A DNA stretch of 64,000 bases from an uncultured Lachnospiraceae bacterium (GCA_964541815.1 CAZIRI010000001.1:26845-90844); one strand, 5' to 3'. Positions 25,899-35,091 are shown, counted from the first letter of the stretch. Notes: a model not told the origin generated them from the sequence alone. Numbers and translations are program-made.

Positions 25899-27347
25899 TC
25901 AACCTTTTCGCAAAATGTGGGATGACTTGATTTGAACTTTCAAAACATCGGAGCGTTTGACGCCATAATTCGAAAAAATGAGAATCGCCAATGTGAGTGC
26001 AATTGCACTGCCAAAGAAAACCATTTCGGCAAGTCCGCTCTGCACACTCAAAATTTGAAAATCTTTTGTCGAATCAAAGCCAACAACATCGAGCAAGACA
26101 CCAACAACAAAAAGTGAGATTGAATTTGTGAAATTGTAGGTGAAAGTGTAATAGCCCGTGTATCGCCCCGCATTGTTTTGACCCGTGCGGAACTGTTCGA
26201 GAGTGACAACATCTGCATACATCGAGTGTGGCAAGGAGTAAAGCGCTCCCGCACCAATTCCACAAACAAAAAGACATGGGGCAACAAAACAAAAGATGTG
26301 ATTTGTTGTGAAAAACATGCGGAACAAAAAAGTCACACTGGACAGGGCAATGCCCAAAAGCATGACGGACAGGGCAAAAATCAATGTCTGCTTTTTGTCA
26401 TATTTTTTCACAACATTGATCCACAAGAATTGTGAGAGAATTGCCCCGCCGAACAAACAAAACATCAAGATTGAAATTTGCGTGCTTGAAAAGTGATAGC
26501 AAAAAGTGAATAGATGCATGCCAACTGACGAGATAAATGCCATGGCAATCAAACAAACGGAATATCCCAGCATGACGGAGCGGAAATCTTTTTTCTTGAA
26601 TATCTCAAAATATCCCAAAAGCAATTTTTTCAAATCAAATTTTGTTTTCTTTTCAAACGCAACGCTTTTCTCATAGTTTGGCATCGCCCTTGCCCTTTTC
26701 AAAGAGCCAAAACACGAGAGCAAGCCACAAATCAAAAACACAAGAGAGTTTATTGTCGCCATGTAGATATATCCGCTTTTGGAGAGTTGTCCGCCCACAT
26801 GTGGCATGATTGACCACATCAAAATGCTGGGCAAAATCATTCCAAAAATGCTAAACACCGTTTTGTAGCCCTGAATTTGTGTCTGGTCGTTGTAGTCAGG
26901 TGCAATGTCAATCCCCAACGCTGAATATGGCGTGGAAAAGAAAGTGTTGAAAGTTTCTTGCATAAGCAAAAACACAAGAAGCCACAGTGCAACAAAAATT
27001 TCGTTGTCAAAACTTGGGCATGTCCAAAGAAAAATATTGTTTATCGCCAAGGCAAAGCACGCAAAAAGCATAAAGCCAATGCGACGCCCAAATCTCTTGC
27101 TTTTTGTCTTGTCCGACAAAAAACCGACAAGCGGGTCTGAAATGCCGTCCCACAGGGATGTTAAAGCAACAACAATCCCCACCAAAACCCCCGAAAGCCC
27201 AAGAACGCTTGTGCCAAAAAACATAACACAACTTGAAACGGTTTGTCCAATTGAGCCGTAGCCCAAACTGCCCGCCCCATAGCATATTTTTGTCTTGAAA
27301 CCCAAAAAGTTTTTTCGCATAAAGTATTTATATGAAACAAAATCCAC
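25899..27347 (-). CDS. MFS transporter, glycoside-pentoside-hexuronide (GPH):cation symporter family
   Basis: About 12 TM segments and the GPH signature LWDGISDPLVGFLSDKTKSKRFGRR. Confidence 0.8.
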   Translation of the reverse strand: MDFVSYKYFMRKNFLGFKTKICYGAGSLGYGSIGQTVSSCVMFFGTSVLGLSGVLVGIVVALTSLWDGISDPLVGFLSDKTKSKRFGRRIGFMLFACFALAINNIFLWTCPSFDNEIFVALWLLVFLLMQETFNTFFSTPYSALGIDIAPDYNDQTQIQGYKTVFSIFGMILPSILMWSIMPHVGGQLSKSGYIYMATINSLVFLICGLLSCFGSLKRARAMPNYEKSVAFEKKTKFDLKKLLLGYFEIFKKKDFRSVMLGYSVCLIAMAFISSVGMHLFTFCYHFSSTQISILMFCLFGGAILSQFLWINVVKKYDKKQTLIFALSVMLLGIALSSVTFLFRMFFTTNHIFCFVAPCLFVCGIGAGALYSLPHSMYADVVTLEQFRTGQNNAGRYTGYYTFTYNFTNSISLFVVGVLLDVVGFDSTKDFQILSVQSGLAEMVFFGSAIALTLAILIFSNYGVKRSDVLKVQIKSSHILRKG

Positions 27348-27383
27348 AAAAAGACATCAAAAAAAGAGATAAAAATCTCTTTC

Positions 27384-28151
27384 TTATTCTTCCACTTTCT
27401 CTTCCTTTTTCTTCTTCTCTTTTTTCTTGCCCTTTTGCTGTTCTATATCCGCAGGCACACGAGGTTTCACCGCAACTTCTGAAATTTCAAAATGGTTTCT
27501 GTTGAGTGGCACAAGTTCCTTGCAAAAACGGTCAATCGTCTCCAAAATATGCTCCCTTTCTTTCTCAAAAAGTGGGTCAAGTTCCATTGTGATTGAGAAG
27601 TTTTTGAATTTCGCCTTTTTGCCCGTTCTTGCATCTTTCGCACGAATCAATTCGTATGAAATCATCGCTTCATAACCCGTTCCGCTGACAATCCTGTATC
27701 TATTCCCCGACACATCCGAAATGATGTATGGCGAGCAATGTTGCACAACATCAACAAGGTTTATGGTGAACAAATTGTTGAAAATGTTGTTTATTCCGTC
27801 AGCAATCTGCACTGGGAAGTCGCTTGGCTGGTCTCCCGCCTCACATTCCCCCAAAAATGCGGATTTTTCACGGTCACGCAAACTTGGCAAACTGCTTATT
27901 CGCACGAGCGAAAAATATGACCTTGTCGCAGTCTGCTTTTTTCTCAAAATAAGTCCCGCAGTCGTCAAAAGATATTTGTCCGTGTCATACACAGTCTCAA
28001 TTTCATGAAATTTTGAGTCATACACAATCGTGTAAAATCCAAGTTTTCGCATGAATTTTGAAATCAACTTCTTTTCTTTGTCAATCAAAATATCATAATT
28101 GTATCGCATGATACGATATTTGCTGGGTTGCCCCCTGTCGCCAAGATACAT
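27384..28151 (-). CDS. CYTH-like (triphosphate tunnel) domain protein with a Lys/Glu-rich tail
   Basis: HEIETVYDTDKYLLTTAGLILRKK resembles the CYTH core q-x-D-x-Y-f-D-t...L...g-x-a-L-R-i-R. No clean N-terminal ExExK motif. C-terminus QQKGKKKEKKKKEEKVEE. The start is uncertain (Met15 is possible). Confidence 0.45.
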   Translation of the reverse strand: MYLGDRGQPSKYRIMRYNYDILIDKEKKLISKFMRKLGFYTIVYDSKFHEIETVYDTDKYLLTTAGLILRKKQTATRSYFSLVRISSLPSLRDREKSAFLGECEAGDQPSDFPVQIADGINNIFNNLFTINLVDVVQHCSPYIISDVSGNRYRIVSGTGYEAMISYELIRAKDARTGKKAKFKNFSITMELDPLFEKEREHILETIDRFCKELVPLNRNHFEISEVAVKPRVPADIEQQKGKKKEKKKKEEKVEE

Positions 28152-28251
28152 ATTCTCTCCTTTAAGAGTATTTTACTCAAAAACGAAAAAAAAAGCAAAT
28201 GTTTAACAATAGAATTTCCAGTCAATATTAAGATTGTAAAAGGAGATTATT

Positions 28252-28848
28252 ATGAATTTTGAAGAAAGCGTCACAAAAACAAATTTGGCAAGGAGTTTCG
28301 CAGGGGAATGTCAAGCGGGAGCAAGATATCAATTTATGTCAAAGGTGGCACTGCAAGAACAAATGCAATTCTTGTCCGACACAATGAAAACTCTTGCAAA
28401 AAATGAAATGGCACATGCAAAAATTTTCTACGACCTAATCACCGCAAAAAGTTCTGGCTCAGTCCGAAACATTCCAATTGAAGCAGGTTTCCCATTCGAG
28501 CAACCCGACATAAAAACGGGTCTGTTTGAAGAAGTTCAAAATGAAATTGCCGAAGCACAAAACATCTATCCAAATTTTGCACGAATTGCAAAGGATGAGG
28601 GCTTTGAAGATGTTGCAAAGAAGTTTGAACAAATTGCAGAAATTGAAAATCATCACGCTCAAATTTTGGAATTTTTGGCAAATCACATAAAAAATGGAAA
28701 ACTCTACAAACGGCAAACTCAAAACAAATGGAAATGCTCAAATTGTGGATATGTGGAAATCGAAAAAGAAGCGTGGAAAACTTGCCCCGTTTGCGACAGC
28801 GAGCAAGGTTGTGTCATCATCGACATAGAAAAAGAGTTGTCAGATTGA
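28252..28848 (+). CDS. rbr: rubrerythrin
   Basis: Diiron four-helix ligands (FAGECQAGARY, NEMAHAKIF, EIENHHAQ) plus a C-terminal rubredoxin-like CSNCG...CPVC. Confidence 0.9.
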   Translation: MNFEESVTKTNLARSFAGECQAGARYQFMSKVALQEQMQFLSDTMKTLAKNEMAHAKIFYDLITAKSSGSVRNIPIEAGFPFEQPDIKTGLFEEVQNEIAEAQNIYPNFARIAKDEGFEDVAKKFEQIAEIENHHAQILEFLANHIKNGKLYKRQTQNKWKCSNCGYVEIEKEAWKTCPVCDSEQGCVIIDIEKELSD

Positions 28849-28862
28849 CAACTCTTTTTTTT
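28833..28862. terminator. bidirectional rho-independent terminator (rbr / hup)
   Basis: AGAGTTGTCAgatTGACAACTCT followed by T7. It overlaps the rbr TGA stop. Confidence 0.65.
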
Positions 28863-28871
28863 GAATGAGAT

Positions 28872-29147
28872 TTATTCATTAAATATAGCAACAAAACTCT
28901 TTCCGAATTTGAATTTTGCAACTTTTCTTGCAGGAACTTTCACAGTTTCTTTTGTCATTGGGTTGATTTTTGTTGTTGCTGCTTTGTTTACAAGTTCATA
29001 AACTCCAAATCCAGGGATTTGAATTTTTTCACCTTTCTTCAAAACGCTCACAATTGTGTCAACCATAGCATCAAAAACAATGCCTGCGTCCTTTTGTGTG
29101 CAATTTGCTTTGTCAGCGACTGCTTTAACGAATTCACCTTTATTCAT
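28872..29147 (-). CDS. hup: HU-family nucleoid-associated DNA-binding protein
   Basis: 91 aa: MNKGEFVKAVADKANCTQKDAGIVFDAMVDTIVSVLKKGEKIQIPGFGVYEL...PARKVAKFKFGK. Confidence 0.95.
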   Translation of the reverse strand: MNKGEFVKAVADKANCTQKDAGIVFDAMVDTIVSVLKKGEKIQIPGFGVYELVNKAATTKINPMTKETVKVPARKVAKFKFGKSFVAIFNE

Positions 29148-29247
29148 AATTTTTCTATCTCCTTCAGATAAATTTGCATTACCAATGCTGTTTATATCTT
29201 ACCATAATAAATAAAAAATTCCAAACAATTTCACCAAAAAACAAAAA

Positions 29248-30030
29248 TTATTTAGTAAAAAAGATTCCAACCTGCTTGAAAAAGTGCTTTACAGCACACC
29301 AAAAGCGATTTACGACGTTTTGATTAGGCACTGTCACATCAACTGCGCCGACAACATTATCCGCCGTGCAGAACCCGTTTTGGCGAGAATCGGAACTGTC
29401 TTTTCGATTGTCACCCAAATAAAAATAACAATTTTCAGGCACTTGAACATACACAAGCCCTGACACCGTGATTGTGTTGTGGGAGGTCTCAAACAAAAAA
29501 GTTGAATAGAAATCACTTTCATAACTCCAACCGTCCATCTCAACAGTTGCTGTTTTTGTCGCCCACTCGTCATAACTTTTTATCTCATAGCCATTCTGCC
29601 CGCTTTCCTCAACCTTTGCGCTTCCATTGTCAAAGTTTGTGGTGTCCGTGCCACTCTCAATGCGATATAAATGATATGTGTTTTCATCGCTCGACATCGC
29701 AATTGTCACATAATCACCCGCCATTCCCACGATTCTTTTTATGATAGGCGCTTGAATTTTTCTGTTTATGACAACAACATCAAAAAGTTTGACATCCGAA
29801 TTTGATTTGACATACACAGCGTCCTTTCTGTCGCCCTCATTCAATGTGTTTTGCATTGAAGAACCTTCAACGATATAATATTTGTGAGTTGACACAAAAA
29901 CCATATACCAAACAAAAAAGATGAGAATAAATGCGAGAAAAATATACAATATAATATGAAAAGCGAGCGAAATTCTCTCTTTCACTTTCGATTTTTCAGG
30001 GCTTACATCTTTTTTTTCAATATCCGTCAT
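29248..30030 (-). CDS. lepB: signal peptidase I
   Basis: N-terminal TM, catalytic-Ser box VEGSSMQNTL, IKRIVGMAGD (Lys box) and GDNRKDSSDSR. Start at the ATG at 30030, in an ATGA overlap with the queH stop. Confidence 0.85.
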   Translation of the reverse strand: MTDIEKKDVSPEKSKVKERISLAFHIILYIFLAFILIFFVWYMVFVSTHKYYIVEGSSMQNTLNEGDRKDAVYVKSNSDVKLFDVVVINRKIQAPIIKRIVGMAGDYVTIAMSSDENTYHLYRIESGTDTTNFDNGSAKVEESGQNGYEIKSYDEWATKTATVEMDGWSYESDFYSTFLFETSHNTITVSGLVYVQVPENCYFYLGDNRKDSSDSRQNGFCTADNVVGAVDVTVPNQNVVNRFWCAVKHFFKQVGIFFTK

Positions 30031-30611
30031 AAATTCCCCTCTTCTTTCAATCTCTTTCTTTCTGCAATTTCTTGCTCCATAATCGCTTTTCCAAACAAAC
30101 AACCGCAATAATTTTGTCGATACAGTCCAAGTTGTTTGGAAAGTTCACAACTGCGAAGATATCCGTCTTTTTTCTTGAAACTCTCCGCCAGAAAGTCAAT
30201 TTGCATCCTTTTTGAGATTTCCTCTCCAATTGCATTGATAACTTGCGTGTTTTTATATGGACTGACAGTCAATGTTGTTGAAAAAATATCAAAATTGTTT
30301 GTCTTTGCAAAGTCCGCCGTTCTTTCAAGACGATAAAAAAAGCACTTTTTACATCTTTCCCCGCCCTCTCTTTCTTTCTCAAAACCAGCAACAAACTTCC
30401 GCCATTCAGGGTTGTCCCAGTCGCAATCAATCACATTGATGCCAAAATAAGCACAAACTTTCTTTTGCTCCGCCTTGCGTTTTTCATATTCTTCCCTTGG
30501 CTCGATGTTTGGATTGTAATAAAAAACAGTGACATCAAACAAATCTTTCAATCTTTCGATACAAACTGTGGAACATGGCCCACAGCACGAATGCAACAAC
30601 AATTTTCTCAT
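30027..30611 (-). CDS. queH: epoxyqueuosine reductase QueH (DUF208)
   Basis: LLHSCCGPCS near the N-terminus and a C-terminal YCGC, in about 190 aa. Confidence 0.85.
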   Translation of the reverse strand: MRKLLLHSCCGPCSTVCIERLKDLFDVTVFYYNPNIEPREEYEKRKAEQKKVCAYFGINVIDCDWDNPEWRKFVAGFEKEREGGERCKKCFFYRLERTADFAKTNNFDIFSTTLTVSPYKNTQVINAIGEEISKRMQIDFLAESFKKKDGYLRSCELSKQLGLYRQNYCGCLFGKAIMEQEIAERKRLKEEGNL

Positions 30612-30652
30612 GTCTATATCTTACAAAAAAAATGTGAATTTGTCAAGCAAAG

Positions 30653-30991
30653 TCAAGAGATGACCTTGATTGCAAACATCATCAATTCATTGACTGCGGA
30701 AGAGTTCAAAAAATAGGTTATCACTTTGCCGTCCCTTTTGCAATCGACAATATTTTGCTCTTTCAAAGATTTAAGTTGATGAGAAATTGTTGTTTGATTT
30801 GCATTCAATATCCTCGACAAATCGTTCACGCAAAGTTCACTCATGGACAGAGCGGACAAAATTTTTATCCGTGTTTGGTCGGAAAAATTTTGAAAATAAC
30901 CTGCCAACCTCTCCACAACTTTATCATCGGGCATAAGTCCCTGCATTTCAATTTTTCCCCGCTCACTGAGTTTCAACAATTTATATTCCAT
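30653..30991 (-). CDS. ArsR/SmtB-family transcriptional regulator
   Basis: FSDQTRIKILSALSMSELCVNDLSRILNANQTTISHQLKSLKEQNIVDCKRDGKVITYFL (winged HTH, ELCVxDL box). Confidence 0.85.
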   Translation of the reverse strand: MEYKLLKLSERGKIEMQGLMPDDKVVERLAGYFQNFSDQTRIKILSALSMSELCVNDLSRILNANQTTISHQLKSLKEQNIVDCKRDGKVITYFLNSSAVNELMMFAIKVIS

Positions 30992-31019
30992 TTCAAGAAC
31001 CCCTTTTCACATTTTTTTT

Positions 31020-31120
31020 TGAATAATCATACAAAATATCAGCAAAACCATTTCAAAAAGATTTTGCCAAACAAAAGAAAAAATTCAAAAGTGAATTTTG
31101 TCACTTTGTGAATAATCATA
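31020..31120. promoter_or_regulatory. pair of exact 12-nt direct repeats in the ArsR / small-ORF divergent intergenic region (candidate operators)
   Basis: tgaataatcata occurs at 31020-31031 and again at 31109-31120. The core TGAATAATCA is 8/10 self-complementary. Confidence 0.35.
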
Positions 31121-31149
31121 AAATTTTTTGTTGGAAAGGAGGAAACAAA

Positions 31150-31326
31150 ATGTCACAAGAATTTTTATGGATTTTTCTTTTGTCGATTTTAAGTTCTCAA
31201 AACGACACAAATCTCGCAACAAACACAAATATTTTGCTCTTGTTGCTACTGGGACTGTCAAACTCAAATTCAAACGGATTGACAACAAGTGCCACAAGTT
31301 GCAACAGATGTTTCGGCACTTTTTGA
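31150..31326 (+). CDS. candidate 58-aa hydrophobic, Asn/Ser/Thr-rich small protein
   Basis: AAGGAGG lies 7 nt upstream of the ATG at 31150. Sequence: MSQEFLWIFLLSILSSQNDTNLATNTNILLLLLLGLSNSNSNGLTTSATSCNRCFGTF. It is divergent from the ArsR gene. I recognise no homology. Confidence 0.4.
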   Translation: MSQEFLWIFLLSILSSQNDTNLATNTNILLLLLLGLSNSNSNGLTTSATSCNRCFGTF

Positions 31327-31567
31327 CAATTTTTCTTGTTTTTTGCAAAAAATACATAAAAAATGCTTAAAAATCCCATAAACACACGCAAAAAAATAAT
31401 TTCAAAAAATAATTAAAAATCAATTAAAAATATTTTTCAAAAATTTTTATTTTTTTTTGAAAATCATTTGGAAATTTTCTTCTTATATGTTATCATTATC
31501 TCGTAATCACAAGAAAGCAAGAATATATTCGCACTTCTTGGAGAAAAATATGTATATGGAGGAAAAA

Positions 31568-31948
31568 ATGGGAAGTTTAATGGCTGTATCTAGTTGGGGA
31601 GATGTTGTAAAAAAAATAGAGGATGCAAAGACTCCACTTGCATCTAATTGGTCTTGGCTCTTCACTTTGATGGACACTCTTTCAGTTATTTTGTGGGTTT
31701 GTCTTGCACTTGTTGGTGCTGCTGGTGGAATTTATTGTTTGTATGTCGGCATCAAAATGGCAAGAGCGGATAGCGCTGACCAAAGAGATGAGAACAAAAA
31801 GAGAATGATAAACATCATTGTGACGATTGTTGTTGTGATACTGTTGATTGTTGTTATCAATGTGTTCTTGCCAATGATTTTGGATGCATTTAATGTATTT
31901 GATCCAATTTCACAAACCACGGATGATGGCACCGGCCAAACAACTTAA
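31568..31948 (+). CDS. small two-TM membrane protein (126 aa), pilin-like hairpin topology
   Basis: GGAGG lies 5 nt before the ATG at 31568. TM1 is LSVILWVCLALVGAAGGIYCLYVGI, followed by the charged loop KMARADSADQRDENKKR and TM2 MINIIVTIVVVILLIVVINVFLPMIL. Confidence 0.65.
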   Translation: MGSLMAVSSWGDVVKKIEDAKTPLASNWSWLFTLMDTLSVILWVCLALVGAAGGIYCLYVGIKMARADSADQRDENKKRMINIIVTIVVVILLIVVINVFLPMILDAFNVFDPISQTTDDGTGQTT

Positions 31949-31991
31949 ATTTTGTTAAAATTATAAAATCTCATTTTTCAAATATGTGAAG

Positions 31992-32017
31992 ACTGCACAA
32001 CTTGTGCGGTTTTTTTC
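31992..32017 (+). terminator. rho-independent terminator
   Basis: ctgcacaacttgtgcgg hairpin followed by T7. Confidence 0.55.
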
Positions 32018-32058
32018 ATTCAAATGAGTTTTCTAGTCAAAAAAGAAAAGGGCGGAGC

Positions 32059-33147
32059 CTATTGCATATTTTGCAAAAGTTCTGTCCTTTCTTTCAATAT
32101 CATCGCATCAATAAATTCATCAAGATTTCCATTCAAAACGCCATTTAAGTCATAGGACGACAAATTTGTGCGGTGGTCAGTCACTCTTCCTTGTGGGAAA
32201 TTGTATGTTCTTATTCTTTCATTTCGATTTCCCCTGCCAACCAAACTCTTTCTGTTGGCGTCATATTCACTGTTGCGTTGCTCTTCATAGTAGTCATAAA
32301 TTCTCGATTTCAAAATCGCCATTGCCTTTTCTTTGTTTTTGAGTTGAGAACGCTCATCTTGGCATGTGACAACAATGTTGAGTGGCAAATATGTCATTCT
32401 TATTGCAGTTTCAACTTTGTTGACATTTTGTCCACCCGCTCCGCCTGAATGGAACACATCGATTCTCAAATCTTTGTCCAAAATTTCAATATCAATATCT
32501 TCAACCTCTGGCAAACATGCAACAGTCACCGTAGAGGTGTGAATTCGCCCTTGACTTTCGGTCTCTGGCACTCTTTGAACTCTATGCACACCGCTTTCAT
32601 ATTTCAATCTTGAATAAGCACCCTTGCCACGAATCATAAGTGTCGCTTCTTTCACTCCGCCAAGTTCCGTTTCGTTCATTTCAATATATTCAACTTTCCA
32701 GCGTTTCGCTTCCGCATAATGACTATACATTCTGCACAATTCCATTCCAAAAAGTGCGGACTCTTCCCCGCCAGCAGCCCCACGAATTTCCAAAATCGCA
32801 TTGCTGTCATCATTTTCATCTTTTGGCAAAAGCAAAATTTTCATATCTTCAGTTTTTTGTGAAATTTTTTCATCAAGACTTTGAATTTCGCTTTGATACA
32901 ATTTTTTCATTTCAGCATCAGTTTCTTTTGCAACATCCGCCTGACACTTGTCATAGTCATCAATCAAAGACTGCAACTCAACATATGCATTTGCAACATC
33001 TTCAATCGCACTGCGTTCCTTGACAAGTTTTTTCCACTCCAAATTGTCAGCGATGATTTCAGGTTTCATCACAAGTTCTGTCAACTCGTCATATCTTTCT
33101 TTTGTCTTTTTGGTCTTTTCAACCAACTCTCTACTTAACTCTTCCAT
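32059..33147 (-). CDS. prfA: peptide chain release factor 1
   Basis: RVQRVPETESQGRIHTSTVTV and the GGQ motif (HSGGAGGQNVNKVETAIR). Confidence 0.95.
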   Translation of the reverse strand: MEELSRELVEKTKKTKERYDELTELVMKPEIIADNLEWKKLVKERSAIEDVANAYVELQSLIDDYDKCQADVAKETDAEMKKLYQSEIQSLDEKISQKTEDMKILLLPKDENDDSNAILEIRGAAGGEESALFGMELCRMYSHYAEAKRWKVEYIEMNETELGGVKEATLMIRGKGAYSRLKYESGVHRVQRVPETESQGRIHTSTVTVACLPEVEDIDIEILDKDLRIDVFHSGGAGGQNVNKVETAIRMTYLPLNIVVTCQDERSQLKNKEKAMAILKSRIYDYYEEQRNSEYDANRKSLVGRGNRNERIRTYNFPQGRVTDHRTNLSSYDLNGVLNGNLDEFIDAMILKERTELLQNMQ

Positions 33148-34849
33148 AAACTATCCTTTCAATTTTGTTGTAATCTTTTGCAATTTTCACATCTTCATAA
33201 CCATTTTCTTTCAAGAGTTTTTTTACGGCAACCGATTGACCTTCGCCAACCTCAAAAAAAATTTGCCCTTTTGAAAAAAGACGATTTTTTGCGTCAACAA
33301 CAATTTTTCTGTAAAAATCCAAGCCATCTTCCCCGCCATCCAACGCCAAAAGTGGGTCACACTCTTTGACATTTTTGTCAAGATTTTGAATGTCGGCGGT
33401 TGGAATATATGGTGGATTTGAAACTATTATATCAAACTTTCTTTTCTTTTTCAAGTTTTCAAACAAATTTGAACATATAAATTCAATTTTCACATTGTTT
33501 TTTTCTGCATTTTTCTGTGCGACTGCAAGTGCGCTTTTACTTATATCAATTGCAGTCACCTTTGCATCACAATTCTTTGCAAGTGAAATTGCAATTGCAC
33601 CAGAACCCGTTCCAACATCAAGAATGGTGCAATTTTTTTTCTCTTGAACACTTTTCAAAACAAGTTCCACCAAAATTTCAGTTTCCATGCGTGGTGTGAG
33701 GACATTTTTGTTGACATCAAATTTCAAGCCATAAAATTCCGTCCAACCAAAAATATTGTCCACACTTTCGCCATTCGCTCGGCGTTCCGTTGCCTGCATA
33801 ATCTCATTGTATTCTTTATCAGAAATGTTTTTCAAAAACTTTGCTTCGCCACGCTTTTTGCCCAGCACAATAGCAATAATCCACTCCGCATCACTTTTGT
33901 CCACAACCCCAGCAGGCACAAGTTTGTTTCTCACTTCATTAAACACAACCGCATATGGTCTTTCAATTTGTTCATCCATAAAACTTTTTCCTTTTTTCAA
34001 CAAGTCCAATTCTTCATTTGCAATCATCACAGCATCAATATGTGTTTTTGTCGGATTTTCATAGACAAGAAACCCCAAAACTCTTTTCACTTTCTCATCA
34101 AACACATTTGAAAAGAAAAAACATATTTCAAAGCAAACCCCAACACTCACAAAAAACACTGCAATATTGAATAAAAAATTGAAAAACGCTCCAAATCTCG
34201 CTCCACTTAATATTATCACAATTGAATTAAAAACAAAACAAAAAACAAGAAAACTCAAAAAATTTGGATAAAATATCTCTTTTTTGTTCTTTTTTCGTCC
34301 CCTTTTTGCTCCTGAACAAATTTTCATTGCAACACAATTAAACTTGAAAATATCATTCACTGCTGGCAAAATGCGAATTGAAAACATAAACAGCACAAAA
34401 AAGACAAGCCGAGCCACCAAAATCATCAAATTTCTTTCTGAGTAAGTCGCTTCAACTCCGCAAATCGAAAAACCAATCCAGGACGGCAAAAATCCAAAGA
34501 AAACTGATGAAAAAATCATCGCACAGAGCGCAAAAACAATGTATAATGCAATATTTTTTGCCACTGAAATTTCTTTTTTCTTCTTTGCTTTGCACATGTC
34601 AAAAGCCTTGATGCAAGCATTTATCCACAAAATTATCCCGCAAAACATATATTGAATGCCCCGCAAAAATGGAAAATTCCAAAAAATAACTTTGTTTTTT
34701 GTTTTGAAACTCACAAGTTTTCTTTGCCCAAATGTGTCAACAACTGACACACACTCTTTGTCATCGCACAGCATTGCCACACCCTGTGGCAGTGGAAAAA
34801 CAATTTTCGCCATATATAAAATATGCCCAAAAATTGATTGTTGAAACAA
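33131..34849 (-). CDS. prmC: fusion protein: N-terminal DUF1385-like membrane domain plus C-terminal release-factor glutamine methyltransferase PrmC
   Basis: The N-terminal ~280 aa are polytopic with a PFLRG motif, as in DUF1385. The C-terminal half has ILDVGTGSGAIAISLAK and FDIIVSNPPYI (NPPY). The reading frame is single and uninterrupted, and overlaps prfA by 17 nt. Confidence 0.8.
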   Translation of the reverse strand: MFQQSIFGHILYMAKIVFPLPQGVAMLCDDKECVSVVDTFGQRKLVSFKTKNKVIFWNFPFLRGIQYMFCGIILWINACIKAFDMCKAKKKKEISVAKNIALYIVFALCAMIFSSVFFGFLPSWIGFSICGVEATYSERNLMILVARLVFFVLFMFSIRILPAVNDIFKFNCVAMKICSGAKRGRKKNKKEIFYPNFLSFLVFCFVFNSIVIILSGARFGAFFNFLFNIAVFFVSVGVCFEICFFFSNVFDEKVKRVLGFLVYENPTKTHIDAVMIANEELDLLKKGKSFMDEQIERPYAVVFNEVRNKLVPAGVVDKSDAEWIIAIVLGKKRGEAKFLKNISDKEYNEIMQATERRANGESVDNIFGWTEFYGLKFDVNKNVLTPRMETEILVELVLKSVQEKKNCTILDVGTGSGAIAISLAKNCDAKVTAIDISKSALAVAQKNAEKNNVKIEFICSNLFENLKKKRKFDIIVSNPPYIPTADIQNLDKNVKECDPLLALDGGEDGLDFYRKIVVDAKNRLFSKGQIFFEVGEGQSVAVKKLLKENGYEDVKIAKDYNKIERIVYGRVK

Positions 34850-34884
34850 AAAAGAGCAGTCATCCGATTGCCCTTTTCAAAAAA

Positions 34885-35091
34885 CTAATTCAAGTTGTAT
34901 TTTTTCTTGAATGTGTCAACAGTTCCGCTTGCGTCAACAATTTTCTTCTTTCCTGTGTAGAATGGGTGGCACTTGTTGCAAATATCAATTTTGAGTGTGT
35001 CACCTTTGATGCAAGAGCCTGTCACGAATGAATTTCCACATGCACAAGTCACAGTCACTTTGTGATAATCTGGATGTATATCTTTTCTCAT
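34885..35091 (-). CDS. rpmE: 50S ribosomal protein L31
   Basis: [22 protein letters not shown]... Start at the ATG at 35091, with GGAG 8 nt upstream; the track start is a TTG two codons earlier. Confidence 0.9.
   Translation of the reverse strand: MRKDIHPDYHKVTVTCACGNSFVTGSCIKGDTLKIDICNKCHPFYTGKKKIVDASGTVDTFKKKYNLN

Noticed and set aside
22981-31948. Reading the VirB6-like and pilin-like genes as parts of an integrative conjugative element or prophage.
   Set aside because: There is no integrase, relaxase, VirB4/VirD4 ATPase, phage structural gene or flanking direct repeat. The intervening genes are ordinary housekeeping (rbr, hup, lepB, queH). The two genes are kept only as low-confidence architectural hypotheses.
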